DNA of 64,000 nucleotides from contig CAJWLU010000003.1 in NCBI GenBank assembly GCA_913043225.1, positions 32,001-96,000 on the forward strand, in the 5' to 3' direction. Made by a program: the position numbers and the translations under genes. The DNA comes from an uncultured Acidobacteriota bacterium (GTDB lineage Bacteria > Acidobacteriota > Vicinamibacteria > Vicinamibacterales > UBA8438). The notes under the pieces were generated by a model. The model saw only the letters and a list, made by a program, of their open reading frames with translations, ran no database searches and had not been told where the DNA came from. Shown here piece after piece: positions 39,235 to 47,723 of the stretch; positions within the stretch are counted from its first letter, which is position 1; every line of letters begins with the position of its first letter.

Positions 39235-40155
39235 ATGCGTGGACATGCGGCAGCCGCCCTAACCGCGGTCCTGCTTGCTACCGGGGTGCCCCTGCACGCC
39301 CAGACGTCCGAGGTGCCCCGTTCCTCGTGGGGAACTCCGGACCTGAGTGGCTACTGGGAGTACCGCACCACGACGCCGCTACAGCGGCCAACCGAGTTCG
39401 GCGACAGGGCGGTTCTGACGCCGGAGGAAGTCGCCGCGTATCTACCCCGGCGGCTGGCCGATATCGGTCACGAACGGGATCTACAGCTCAACGCTGATTG
39501 GTGGCAACCAGGCGACCTCACCGACGGTCGCACGTCGCTCATCATCGACCCACCGGACGGACGCCTGCCCGAGCGCTCGGAGGCTGCGCTCGAACGGGCG
39601 CGGACACTGGGTCTCGCGTCGAGGTTGCGGCCTGCGGACGGTCCCGAGGACCGCGAACGCTACGAACGTTGCATCATGGGGCGGACGGTTCCGCTGCTCG
39701 CTGTGCCGCCTCCGCGACTGGTTCAGTTCTTCCAGAACGAGGACCACCTGATCATCCTGCACGAGCAGAAATCGGACATCCGGATCATCCCGATTGACGG
39801 TCCAACGGCGATCGCCGATGTGATTCGTCTGTGGTCTGGCCGATCGCGCGGTCATTGGGAGGGGGACACCCTGGTGGTGGAGACCACCCATCTCAACGGT
39901 GCCTGGACGGTCAACGGGACGAGCGCTGACATGCACGTGGAAGAGCGCTTTACCCGGACGGCGGAGGGCATAGATTTTGGCTTCACGATCACCGACCCTA
40001 CGTCGTTCGCCGCGCAGTGGTCGGTGGAGTTCCCGATCGCGCCTGGTAACGGGCCGCTCTTCGAGAACGCTTGTCACGAAGGGAACTACAGCATGCCGCT
40101 CATCCTGAGCGGAGCCAGGGCGGAAGAACGACGTGCGGCTGCCGGTAGCCGGTAG
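39235..40155 (+). CDS. Exported ACHEGNY-family protein
   Basis: PDLSGYW, ERCI, GHWEGDTLVVET and ENACHEGNY. Confidence 0.85.
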   Translation: MRGHAAAALTAVLLATGVPLHAQTSEVPRSSWGTPDLSGYWEYRTTTPLQRPTEFGDRAVLTPEEVAAYLPRRLADIGHERDLQLNADWWQPGDLTDGRTSLIIDPPDGRLPERSEAALERARTLGLASRLRPADGPEDRERYERCIMGRTVPLLAVPPPRLVQFFQNEDHLIILHEQKSDIRIIPIDGPTAIADVIRLWSGRSRGHWEGDTLVVETTHLNGAWTVNGTSADMHVEERFTRTAEGIDFGFTITDPTSFAAQWSVEFPIAPGNGPLFENACHEGNYSMPLILSGARAEERRAAAGSR

Positions 40156-40187
40156 AAGTCGGACTGGCTACCTTACCGGGCACGTGG
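40138..40187. repeat. REP-like palindromic repeat, copy 2
   Basis: GCTGCCGGTAGCCGGTA-x-GGCTAcCTTACcGGGCACgTGG; matches 2118-2168. Confidence 0.65.
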
Positions 40188-40254
40188 TCATGCGTTTCGG
40201 GAACTAGATGCCTGGGGCAGAGCAGCAAGCGACATCATCGTTGCGGAGGTTTCC

Positions 40255-41283
40255 ATGACTCGACACACCCCACTTGTCATTCTCGTCTGGACGCTCGCTT
40301 CCACGATGGCTGCCACGGTGGTGGCACAGGAGTACGAACCTTCTCGTACCGGAGACGGCAAGCCCGACCTGCAGGGAGTCTGGGACTTTCGCACGTTGAC
40401 GCCTCTCGAGCGGCCCGAGAGCCGGGGCGATCAGGCGGTGCTGACGCCAGAGGAAGTGGCCGAGTTCGACGCTCAGTCGGTCGAGCGTGAGCGGGCGGCG
40501 TATGCACCGAGCGAGGTACGGGACGAGCCGCTCCCGGTGGGTGGCAACGTCGGTGCCTATAACAGCTACTGGGTGGATCAGGGGGCCTCGGTTGTCGACG
40601 GTGCTCGGACGTCGCTCATTGTCGACCCACCCGACGGGCGGTTACCCGCGCTGGCGCCAAGGGTCGAGATGGTGACACTGTCACTCGGTGAGGACCTTCC
40701 CGGCGAGCACCCGATCCGGGTCCGAGCGGCCGGGATCGGCGCCGACCACTGGGAGGATCGCGGGCTGGCTGAGCGCTGCCTGCTCGGGTTCAACTCCGGT
40801 CCGCCGATTGTGCCCGCCGGCTACAACCAGAACATCCAGATCTTCCAGACCCCGGACCACGTCGTGATCCTGAACGAGATGGTGCATGACGCGCGTATCG
40901 TTCCGCTCGACGGGCGTGACCATCTGCCCGAGGAGATCACCCAGTGGCTGGGAGACTCGCGGGGCTACTGGGATGGTGACGTGCTGGTCGTGGAGTCACA
41001 GAACTTCAGCGATAAGACCGCGAGCTTCAACCCGTCGGTCGCCCACTCGGTCGGAAGCGGCACCACCCTGCGGCTGACTGAGCGGTTCAGTCGCGCTGGC
41101 GACGATACGTTGCTCTACGAATACACGGTGACCGACCCCGCGACGTTCACCGCACCTTTCACCGTTTTGCTTCCGATGAAAAAGGGCGATGTGATGTACG
41201 AGTACGCCTGCCACGAAGGCAACTACGGCCTCCCGAATATGCTGTCCGGCGCCCGGGCACTGGAGTTGGCCCGTAGCCGGTGA
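40255..41283 (+). CDS. Exported EYACHEGNY-family protein
   Basis: PDLQGVW, ERCL, EMVHDARIV, GDSRGYWDGD and EYACHEGNY. Confidence 0.85.
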   Translation: MTRHTPLVILVWTLASTMAATVVAQEYEPSRTGDGKPDLQGVWDFRTLTPLERPESRGDQAVLTPEEVAEFDAQSVERERAAYAPSEVRDEPLPVGGNVGAYNSYWVDQGASVVDGARTSLIVDPPDGRLPALAPRVEMVTLSLGEDLPGEHPIRVRAAGIGADHWEDRGLAERCLLGFNSGPPIVPAGYNQNIQIFQTPDHVVILNEMVHDARIVPLDGRDHLPEEITQWLGDSRGYWDGDVLVVESQNFSDKTASFNPSVAHSVGSGTTLRLTERFSRAGDDTLLYEYTVTDPATFTAPFTVLLPMKKGDVMYEYACHEGNYGLPNMLSGARALELARSR

Positions 41284-41326
41284 AGGCCCGCCCGTGCAGA
41301 ACGTGCGCGTTCCGGGAGCGCAGCGG

Positions 41327-42205
41327 CTAGTCCAGCTCGTTGTAGATCTTGGTCGTGTTCATCTCGGCGCTGGTCAGCGAGCCACGACTCATTGCGTAGT
41401 TGGCGTACCGAGCCGGAAGGTTGAGGTTCTCGGCCGCATCAGCGGCGGTGCGACCGGCTGCCTTCTCGCGCTGCACGGCGGCGAGGAAGTCGCGGTTGAA
41501 CTCGCCGAACTCTCGGAAGTCGGCCCAGGTCATGACCGGGCTGTGGCCGGGGATGACCATGTCGATCCCACTGATGCCGTCGGCGGCCGCCAGCAGCGTT
41601 TCGGGATAGCTCACACCGCTGCCACCGTTGTTCACGTCGATGTAGGGCACACCCTTCCATGCGAACAGGTCGCCGGTGTGGGCTACGCCCAGAGAACGGA
41701 AGACGACGATCGTGTCGCCGTTCGTATGGCCATGCCCGAAGTGGTAGAGGTCGATCGCCTCGTCACCATCGAGCAGCGTCATCCGGTCGGTGTACGTCTC
41801 GCCCGGAAGATACCCGCGTCCGCTGGCCGACTGGAAGGCGTCCATCCTCTCCATGTTGGCTTTTGTATTGGCGTGCGCCACCACGTTGACGCCGGCGTCA
41901 AAGTCGATGTTGCTTCCGACGTGGTCGCCGTGGGTATGGGTGTTGATGATGATCGACACTGGCTTGTCGGTAACCGTCCGCACCTGGGCGAGGATGGCGT
42001 CGCCCCAGCCGGGGTTCTTCGTATCGACCAGCACGACCCCATCGTCGGTCACGTAAGCTGCGGTGTTTCCGCCGCCGCCGGTGATCACATAGAGGTTGTC
42101 CTTGACGTTCGCGATCTCGGCCACGTTGGTCTGTGCGACCGGCCTGCTCATGGTTGCCACCACGCCCACGGCGATCAGCAGACCAAGTACGGCAGTGCGT
42201 CTCAT
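41327..42205 (-). CDS. Exported metallo-beta-lactamase-fold hydrolase (cyclase-like)
   Basis: THTHGDH, GHTNGD, HTGDL and IPGH. Confidence 0.88.
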   Translation of the reverse strand: MRRTAVLGLLIAVGVVATMSRPVAQTNVAEIANVKDNLYVITGGGGNTAAYVTDDGVVLVDTKNPGWGDAILAQVRTVTDKPVSIIINTHTHGDHVGSNIDFDAGVNVVAHANTKANMERMDAFQSASGRGYLPGETYTDRMTLLDGDEAIDLYHFGHGHTNGDTIVVFRSLGVAHTGDLFAWKGVPYIDVNNGGSGVSYPETLLAAADGISGIDMVIPGHSPVMTWADFREFGEFNRDFLAAVQREKAAGRTAADAAENLNLPARYANYAMSRGSLTSAEMNTTKIYNELD

Positions 42206-42270
42206 GACGGGTCCCCTTCCTTGCGATAGTTCGAACGCCACAATATATGCCTGTCCGGTGAAGCTCTCGT

Positions 42271-43530
42271 TTAGCCAGGCTGGTAAGTGGTGAGATGATG
42301 GTCGAGCACCATCTGCTCGGTCAACTGGGTGCCGAATCCGGGTCCTGCGGGGGCGATCACCTCGCCGTTCTCCACCGGGCACGACATGGCGTCAAGGAGC
42401 GGGCCGGGCGGGAAGCTCTCGGCCATGGTGCAGCTGGGTGAGGTGAGCGCAATCGGGAAACCCCAGCAGCTAGCGCCGCGATGCGGGATGAGCTCGAGAC
42501 CGGCCGCCTCCACCAGGCGTGAAATGCGCCGACCCGCCGTCGTGCCTCCGCACCAGGTGATGTCTGGCTGCAGCACCTCGGCTGAGCGCAGCCGAGTCAG
42601 CACCTCAAACCCGTGCTCTGTGTACTCGTGCTCGCCGCACGCAATCTTGGTCCAGCCGGGACCGCCGCCTCCTATTCGTCGAACCAGCTCGGCGTAGCCG
42701 AAGACGTCGTCCGGCGAGAGCAGCTCCTCCATGAAGTAGAGGTTGGCCGGCCTTAGCCGCTCGGCCACTGGCAACGCCCACTCAACGGTGCCGTTCCTGG
42801 AGACACAGTCGGTCATGAGGTTGCCGTCGGGTCCGAGCTCGTCTCGCGCCGCCAGTACAACGTCGATGGCTCGATCTAGATCCGCGGCGGAGGTGTGCGG
42901 CCCCACCGGCAGGGAGCGTTTGAAGTTACGGATCCCTGCGGCTTTGCCCTGTGCGATGTCGCCGCCGGTCTGGTAGATCGGGATCCGGTCGCGCGTGGTA
43001 CCCCCGAGGAGCTCGTAGACCGGCTGGCCGGTATGCTTGCCGGCAATGTCCCACAGCGCGTTGTCGACCGCGCTGAGCGCCATGGCGAACACCCCGCGGC
43101 GTCCATAGAGGACGGCCGAGGTATACATCTGGTCCCAGAGTTGCTCGACGTTCAGCGGGTTGGCCCCGAGGACCAGGTACTTCAGGTGCCCGTCGATGAT
43201 CTCCACCGCCGCCGATCCGCCGGCCCCCATCCCGAAGCCCGTGATGCCCTGGTCGGTCTTGATGACTGCGATGATGGCCGAGGGCAGTTGCTCAAAGGGG
43301 CCTCCCCAACGCCAGCGACGTGGGTCGTCGTCGCCGTCGAAGGTGGGCGGGTCGAGGAGGCCTTCGGAACGCCGGTTGATGTAGATCGGGTAGGCATCGA
43401 CCGCGTCGACCCGGATCGACGGCGACTGGGCGGCGAAGAGCTCACGGCCAGAACCGCCGGCGGCCGCCAGAGCGGCCAGGCCTGCACTCTGGCGAAGGAA
43501 GCGGCGACGGCTGGGCAGAGACGTGGTCAT
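42271..43530 (-). CDS. Mandelate racemase/enolase-superfamily dehydratase (L-rhamnonate dehydratase-like) with Tat signal
   Basis: SRRRFLR; ALSAVDNALWD; FMEE; GEHEY; LQPDITWCGG; IPH. Confidence 0.85.
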   Translation of the reverse strand: MTTSLPSRRRFLRQSAGLAALAAAGGSGRELFAAQSPSIRVDAVDAYPIYINRRSEGLLDPPTFDGDDDPRRWRWGGPFEQLPSAIIAVIKTDQGITGFGMGAGGSAAVEIIDGHLKYLVLGANPLNVEQLWDQMYTSAVLYGRRGVFAMALSAVDNALWDIAGKHTGQPVYELLGGTTRDRIPIYQTGGDIAQGKAAGIRNFKRSLPVGPHTSAADLDRAIDVVLAARDELGPDGNLMTDCVSRNGTVEWALPVAERLRPANLYFMEELLSPDDVFGYAELVRRIGGGGPGWTKIACGEHEYTEHGFEVLTRLRSAEVLQPDITWCGGTTAGRRISRLVEAAGLELIPHRGASCWGFPIALTSPSCTMAESFPPGPLLDAMSCPVENGEVIAPAGPGFGTQLTEQMVLDHHLTTYQPG

Positions 43531-45035
43531 CGACTAGCCGGCACCGCCTCCATGAGATGCGCCAGGGCGGCGCGCAGGGCGCGGCCGCCGGCCCGCTGCC
43601 CCGCGTAGTGGCCTTGGCGAACGACTACCAGGTCGTGTGAAGGGATGATGAGCGTGGTCTGGCCGCCGGCGCCAGACATGTAGTACGCGTCGCGTGGCAC
43701 CGGGAACGTGCCCGTGCCATTGATCCAGAAGAATCCGCCGTAGATCGGCCGGCCGTCAGCTTCCCACGCCGGCGCCAGCGTGCTCACAAACTCGGCGTAG
43801 CCCTCCGGCAGAATCCGTTCGCCGTTCCACATCCCGTCCTGTAGATACAGGTTGCCGAGCCGAGCCCAGTCACGGGCCGGCGCCAGCTCGTAGCCCTGCA
43901 GCAGATAATTGCCATGCGGATCGGTCTCGAGCACGAACCCGCGGGCGCCGATCCTGTCGAACAGCTCGCGCTGCGGAAAAGACAGATACTCGTCGCTGCG
44001 TCCTTCCACACCGAGACGGACGAGATAGTTGATGAGCACCGGATCCGAGTTGCGATAGCGGCCGATGATGTTGGGCGGCCACTGCTGCGGTCGCGTCGCG
44101 GCCCACTCGAACGAGTTGACGGTGCCTGTGTAGACGTACAGGTGGTCCGGGTAGCCGAGCGTGGGGTCCAAGTCGGGGTCGGCCACGCCCTGGAACCTAA
44201 GGCCGCTCGACATTCGGAGGATGTCGGCGATCCGGATCTCCTGCCGCGGGTCACCCGGCTCCTGCCACTCGGGGATCGGCGCCGGCTGGTAGAGCTCGTA
44301 GGTCCCCTGCTGGATCAGCACGCCCATCAGCGTTGCGGTCAGACTCTTGCCCATCGACCAGCTCTCGAGTGGCGTGTGCATGGTGATGCCGTCGCCGTAG
44401 CGTTCCCCGATGATGCGCCCTTTGTGGGTGACGACCAGTGCCGCCGTCATCCCGGCCGGGTCGAATCCCGCGTCGAGCGCTTGGGCCAGGCGGTCCTGGT
44501 CGATCTCGGCCGGGAGGGGCGTTTCAGGGAGCATGTCGCCCAGAGGCCACGGCTGCGTGGATGGATCGGGGAGGGTGCTGGTGATCTCGACCGGCTCAAA
44601 AAAGACGTCGTCCTCGCCGATCGGTAACGCCACACAGCCGTGGTCGCCGTTGAACTTTGCGGTTCGCACCACGCCGTCCGGCAGCGACAGGCTGATCTGT
44701 CGCAGGTCGTGGTCAACCTCGATGGCGGTCACGTGACGCCGCTGTTCGTAGGGCGCGCTGAAGAACCCGACGTTCTCGGCCGCGAACTCCGGGTCGAGTC
44801 CAGTGACGAACACCGCCGAGCAAAGCGTCTTTGCGAATCCCGCCGTGTGATGCCAGATCGGGTCGCCCGGCGGCGCCTCGTACTCGGTGTCGAGCTCGAC
44901 CGCCGCGGCACGCGCCAGCAGGGCGTCACGTCCGCTTTGTGCTTCCGCCTCATTCGTTGAGGGCGAGGTCAGCGTCAGCATGGCGACCACAACACCCATG
45001 ACGGCAACGCCGCCCGCTCGGATGGATCTGGACAT
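43527..45035 (-). CDS. Exported serine hydrolase, beta-lactamase class C-like
   Basis: SWSMGKS (SxxK), YRN and MSSGL motifs; signal peptide. Confidence 0.85.
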   Translation of the reverse strand: MSRSIRAGGVAVMGVVVAMLTLTSPSTNEAEAQSGRDALLARAAAVELDTEYEAPPGDPIWHHTAGFAKTLCSAVFVTGLDPEFAAENVGFFSAPYEQRRHVTAIEVDHDLRQISLSLPDGVVRTAKFNGDHGCVALPIGEDDVFFEPVEITSTLPDPSTQPWPLGDMLPETPLPAEIDQDRLAQALDAGFDPAGMTAALVVTHKGRIIGERYGDGITMHTPLESWSMGKSLTATLMGVLIQQGTYELYQPAPIPEWQEPGDPRQEIRIADILRMSSGLRFQGVADPDLDPTLGYPDHLYVYTGTVNSFEWAATRPQQWPPNIIGRYRNSDPVLINYLVRLGVEGRSDEYLSFPQRELFDRIGARGFVLETDPHGNYLLQGYELAPARDWARLGNLYLQDGMWNGERILPEGYAEFVSTLAPAWEADGRPIYGGFFWINGTGTFPVPRDAYYMSGAGGQTTLIIPSHDLVVVRQGHYAGQRAGGRALRAALAHLMEAVPASR

Positions 45036-45101
45036 GGTCTCTCCTTGGCTTGCAATCGAAGCCTAGCACGGGCGACATCGGTTGACTTCCCCGGTCTTCT
45101 C

Positions 45102-46613
45102 ATGTCTCCTGTCTCCTGGCTTCTGTCTACTGACGGACCCTCCTCCTTGCTGTTCACAGACCCCACTTTTCTCCTGCGTTTCCTCCCACTGTCGCTTGCC
45201 GCGTTCTTTCTGGCGCTGGCGGTGACGCCGCGGTCGTGGCGCGTATCGGGGCGGCGATTTACCTTCGCCAATCTGGTGTTGCTGACCAGTGGCCTCTGGT
45301 TCTTGTTGGTCGGAGCCGGCGTCTACGCGCCATGGCTGGTGGGGCTGGTGGTGGGGAACTACGTGGCTGGGTTGAGCATCGACCGTCTCCGCCAGCGTGC
45401 CGAGGCAACCGGCGCCTCGACTCCGTTGCCAGAGGCGATGTTGACACTCGCGCTGACCGCCAACCTCGTCATGCTACTGGTCAGCAAGTACGCGCTGGCG
45501 TTACCAGAGCCTGTGGGTGCCACGGGGTTTGCGATGCCCCAACTCCTGGCGCCACTCGGCATGCTGGTGGTCGTATGCCAGGCCACCTCCTACGTCGTGG
45601 ACGTGTTCCGCGGCGAGTTTCCGGCGCAGCGCAGTCCGATCCGGGCCGGCGTCTACATGCTGTGTTTTCCGTTGCTCTGCGCAGGGCCGCTCGTCCGGTA
45701 CGGTGAGTTGGGGCGTCAGCTGGCCGATCGACGTGTCACCCTGGCCGGTTTCTCGTACGGCGTGAGGAGATGGCTTGTCGGCTACTGCAAGGTGGCACTC
45801 TTTGCGCGGATTCTCGGTGAGCCTGTCGACCTGATGTTCGGCTTGGGTGCCAGCGAGCTCGGTGTCGGAACGGCGTGGCTCGGGGCCGTCTTCTTCACCC
45901 TGCAGATCTATCTGGATCTTTCCGGGTACGCCGACATGGCCATCGGCTTCGGCCGCATGTACGGGTTCCGGGTGGGCGAGCACTTCCGGTGGCCCTACGG
46001 GGCCGATTCGCTCACCGAGTTCTGGCGCCGCTGGCAGGTGACACTGGGCGACTGGTGCGCGGCCTACCTCCGCGTGTCGCTCGATCCTGAGTCCGAGCGG
46101 TCACGTTGGCTGGACGTCCGATCGGTACTCCTGCTGTTTCTGGCGCTGGCCTTGTGGCACGGACCGGGGTGGACCGTGGCGCTCTGGGCGGGGCTGCACG
46201 GGCTTCTGGTCGTGGTCGAGCGGCATTGGTTGAGTGCTTGGCTCACGCGGCTGCCCGTGTCGGTGCGCCGGGTTTACCTGCTGCTGACATTGGCCGTGCT
46301 TTGGGTGCTGTTCCGGGCTCCGTCGCTCGATGGTGCCGGAATCGTGCTGCGGGCGATGCTGGGGCTGGGAGCCGCCGGGAAACCGATCGCGTTCGAGCTC
46401 GAGCTGTTCGAATGGGTCGCCATCGCTTTGGCGGCCCTGTCGACCGTGCCCGTATGGCCCAGCTTCAGTCGCTGGCTGGTGGCGGTGGATGCGCTCACCA
46501 CTTCCACCATCATCCTGCTGTCGGCCAGTTTCCTCTATTTGTGGCGTAGCCTCGTACGCGGTTTGTGGTTTGCCACCGGTCGCTCCGAGCGTCATGACGA
46601 GCCTGAGAAGTAG
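45102..46613 (+). CDS. Divergent MBOAT O-acyltransferase (AlgI-like)
   Basis: QATSYVVD, AGPLVRY, QIYLDLSGYADMA, EFWRRWQ and LWHGPGW; start uncertain. Confidence 0.8.
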   Translation: MSPVSWLLSTDGPSSLLFTDPTFLLRFLPLSLAAFFLALAVTPRSWRVSGRRFTFANLVLLTSGLWFLLVGAGVYAPWLVGLVVGNYVAGLSIDRLRQRAEATGASTPLPEAMLTLALTANLVMLLVSKYALALPEPVGATGFAMPQLLAPLGMLVVVCQATSYVVDVFRGEFPAQRSPIRAGVYMLCFPLLCAGPLVRYGELGRQLADRRVTLAGFSYGVRRWLVGYCKVALFARILGEPVDLMFGLGASELGVGTAWLGAVFFTLQIYLDLSGYADMAIGFGRMYGFRVGEHFRWPYGADSLTEFWRRWQVTLGDWCAAYLRVSLDPESERSRWLDVRSVLLLFLALALWHGPGWTVALWAGLHGLLVVVERHWLSAWLTRLPVSVRRVYLLLTLAVLWVLFRAPSLDGAGIVLRAMLGLGAAGKPIAFELELFEWVAIALAALSTVPVWPSFSRWLVAVDALTTSTIILLSASFLYLWRSLVRGLWFATGRSERHDEPEK

Positions 46614-46804
46614 CGGCCGGGCATAGCGCCGAACACCGAGCGGAACATCGCGACGAACGCATTGGAACTGTCATAGCCAACGTGGAGCGCCACCGATGTG
46701 CCGTCGGGCAGCAGCACTAGCGATCGATGTAGTCGGACCTGACTGCGCCACGGTTGAAACGACAGCCCGTTCTCGGCGAGAAAGCGTGCGAGGTGTGAAT
46801 TGGC
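46592..46804 (-). pseudogene. Start-less AraC-family C-terminal HTH remnant
   Basis: Manual translation: HLARFLAENGLSFQPWRSQVRLHRSLVLLPDGTSVALHVGYDSSNAFVAMFRSVFGAMPGRYF. Confidence 0.75.
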
Positions 46805-47671
46805 CTACGCCTCTTCAGGTTTCCGTGCCTGCATGCCGCTGACCCGCTTGCCCTTAACCGTGATTGGCCAGCGTGACGGCTCGTGGTGCGCGAGATACTC
46901 GCGGCGCGAGACCGAGCCGATGATCATCGACTTGGTTAGCCACCAGTTCTTGGGGCGCGCCCCGAAAATGATGTGCGCCACGCTCAGACCGGCAAGCGAG
47001 AGTCCGGTCATGCCGTGAAAGACATACACCCATCCCCAGGTGCCTTCGCCCAGGATGTAGGGATTTGGGGTGATGAACGGGGTGCCCATCCGCCACAGCA
47101 TCACCATGCCGGTCAGGCTCACCGTGCAGCCCACGAAGGTGAGTACTAGGTGGTAGAGCCGGTTCCCGATCGGGTACTTGGCCGGGTGCGGTCCGGGTAC
47201 GTCGTGCCCTGCTTCCCGCATTACCTCGGCCTTGAACTCGGGAATATCCTTGGGACCGACCCAAATCGACCAGAAGTCGAGGAAGAAGACCGTGTGAAAG
47301 ATGTGATAGACGATGGCGCCGGTGAGCACAAGCCCTGCCGTGTAGTGGATAGTGACCCAATCGAATTGCCACCCCATGATCGGGAAGAACGCGGTGCCCA
47401 GTAGCGTGAAGATGGAGCCTGCCATCACCCAGTGGAACAGCCGCGCCATGAACGTGTGGCGCTTTACCCGCTTCGGCAGTTCGGGATACCTGGTCTCGAG
47501 CTCGTCGGTGTCCTGCTCGGCCCGCACCCGGTGCGCCGACAGGATGATGTAGGACGCGTGTGCGACCAGGAAGGTGATGAACACGAACACCGAGACCCAG
47601 AGCGCGTTCCAGGCCACGTGCGTGAGGACCGTGCGTCCCCACGGATCTGTAGCGGTTTCAAGGAAATCCAA
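46805..47671 (-). CDS. Cytochrome b, formate dehydrogenase gamma / Ni-hydrogenase b-type family
   Basis: RLFHW, IHY, FHG and AHI His positions in TM helices; KYPIGNRLYH; SMIIGSV...HH. Confidence 0.8.
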   Translation of the reverse strand: MDFLETATDPWGRTVLTHVAWNALWVSVFVFITFLVAHASYIILSAHRVRAEQDTDELETRYPELPKRVKRHTFMARLFHWVMAGSIFTLLGTAFFPIMGWQFDWVTIHYTAGLVLTGAIVYHIFHTVFFLDFWSIWVGPKDIPEFKAEVMREAGHDVPGPHPAKYPIGNRLYHLVLTFVGCTVSLTGMVMLWRMGTPFITPNPYILGEGTWGWVYVFHGMTGLSLAGLSVAHIIFGARPKNWWLTKSMIIGSVSRREYLAHHEPSRWPITVKGKRVSGMQARKPEEA

Positions 47672-47723
47672 GGCGCAGCGATTCTAACAGGTCAACCAAA
47701 GCCCAAAGTCGGGGTGAGCGTCC

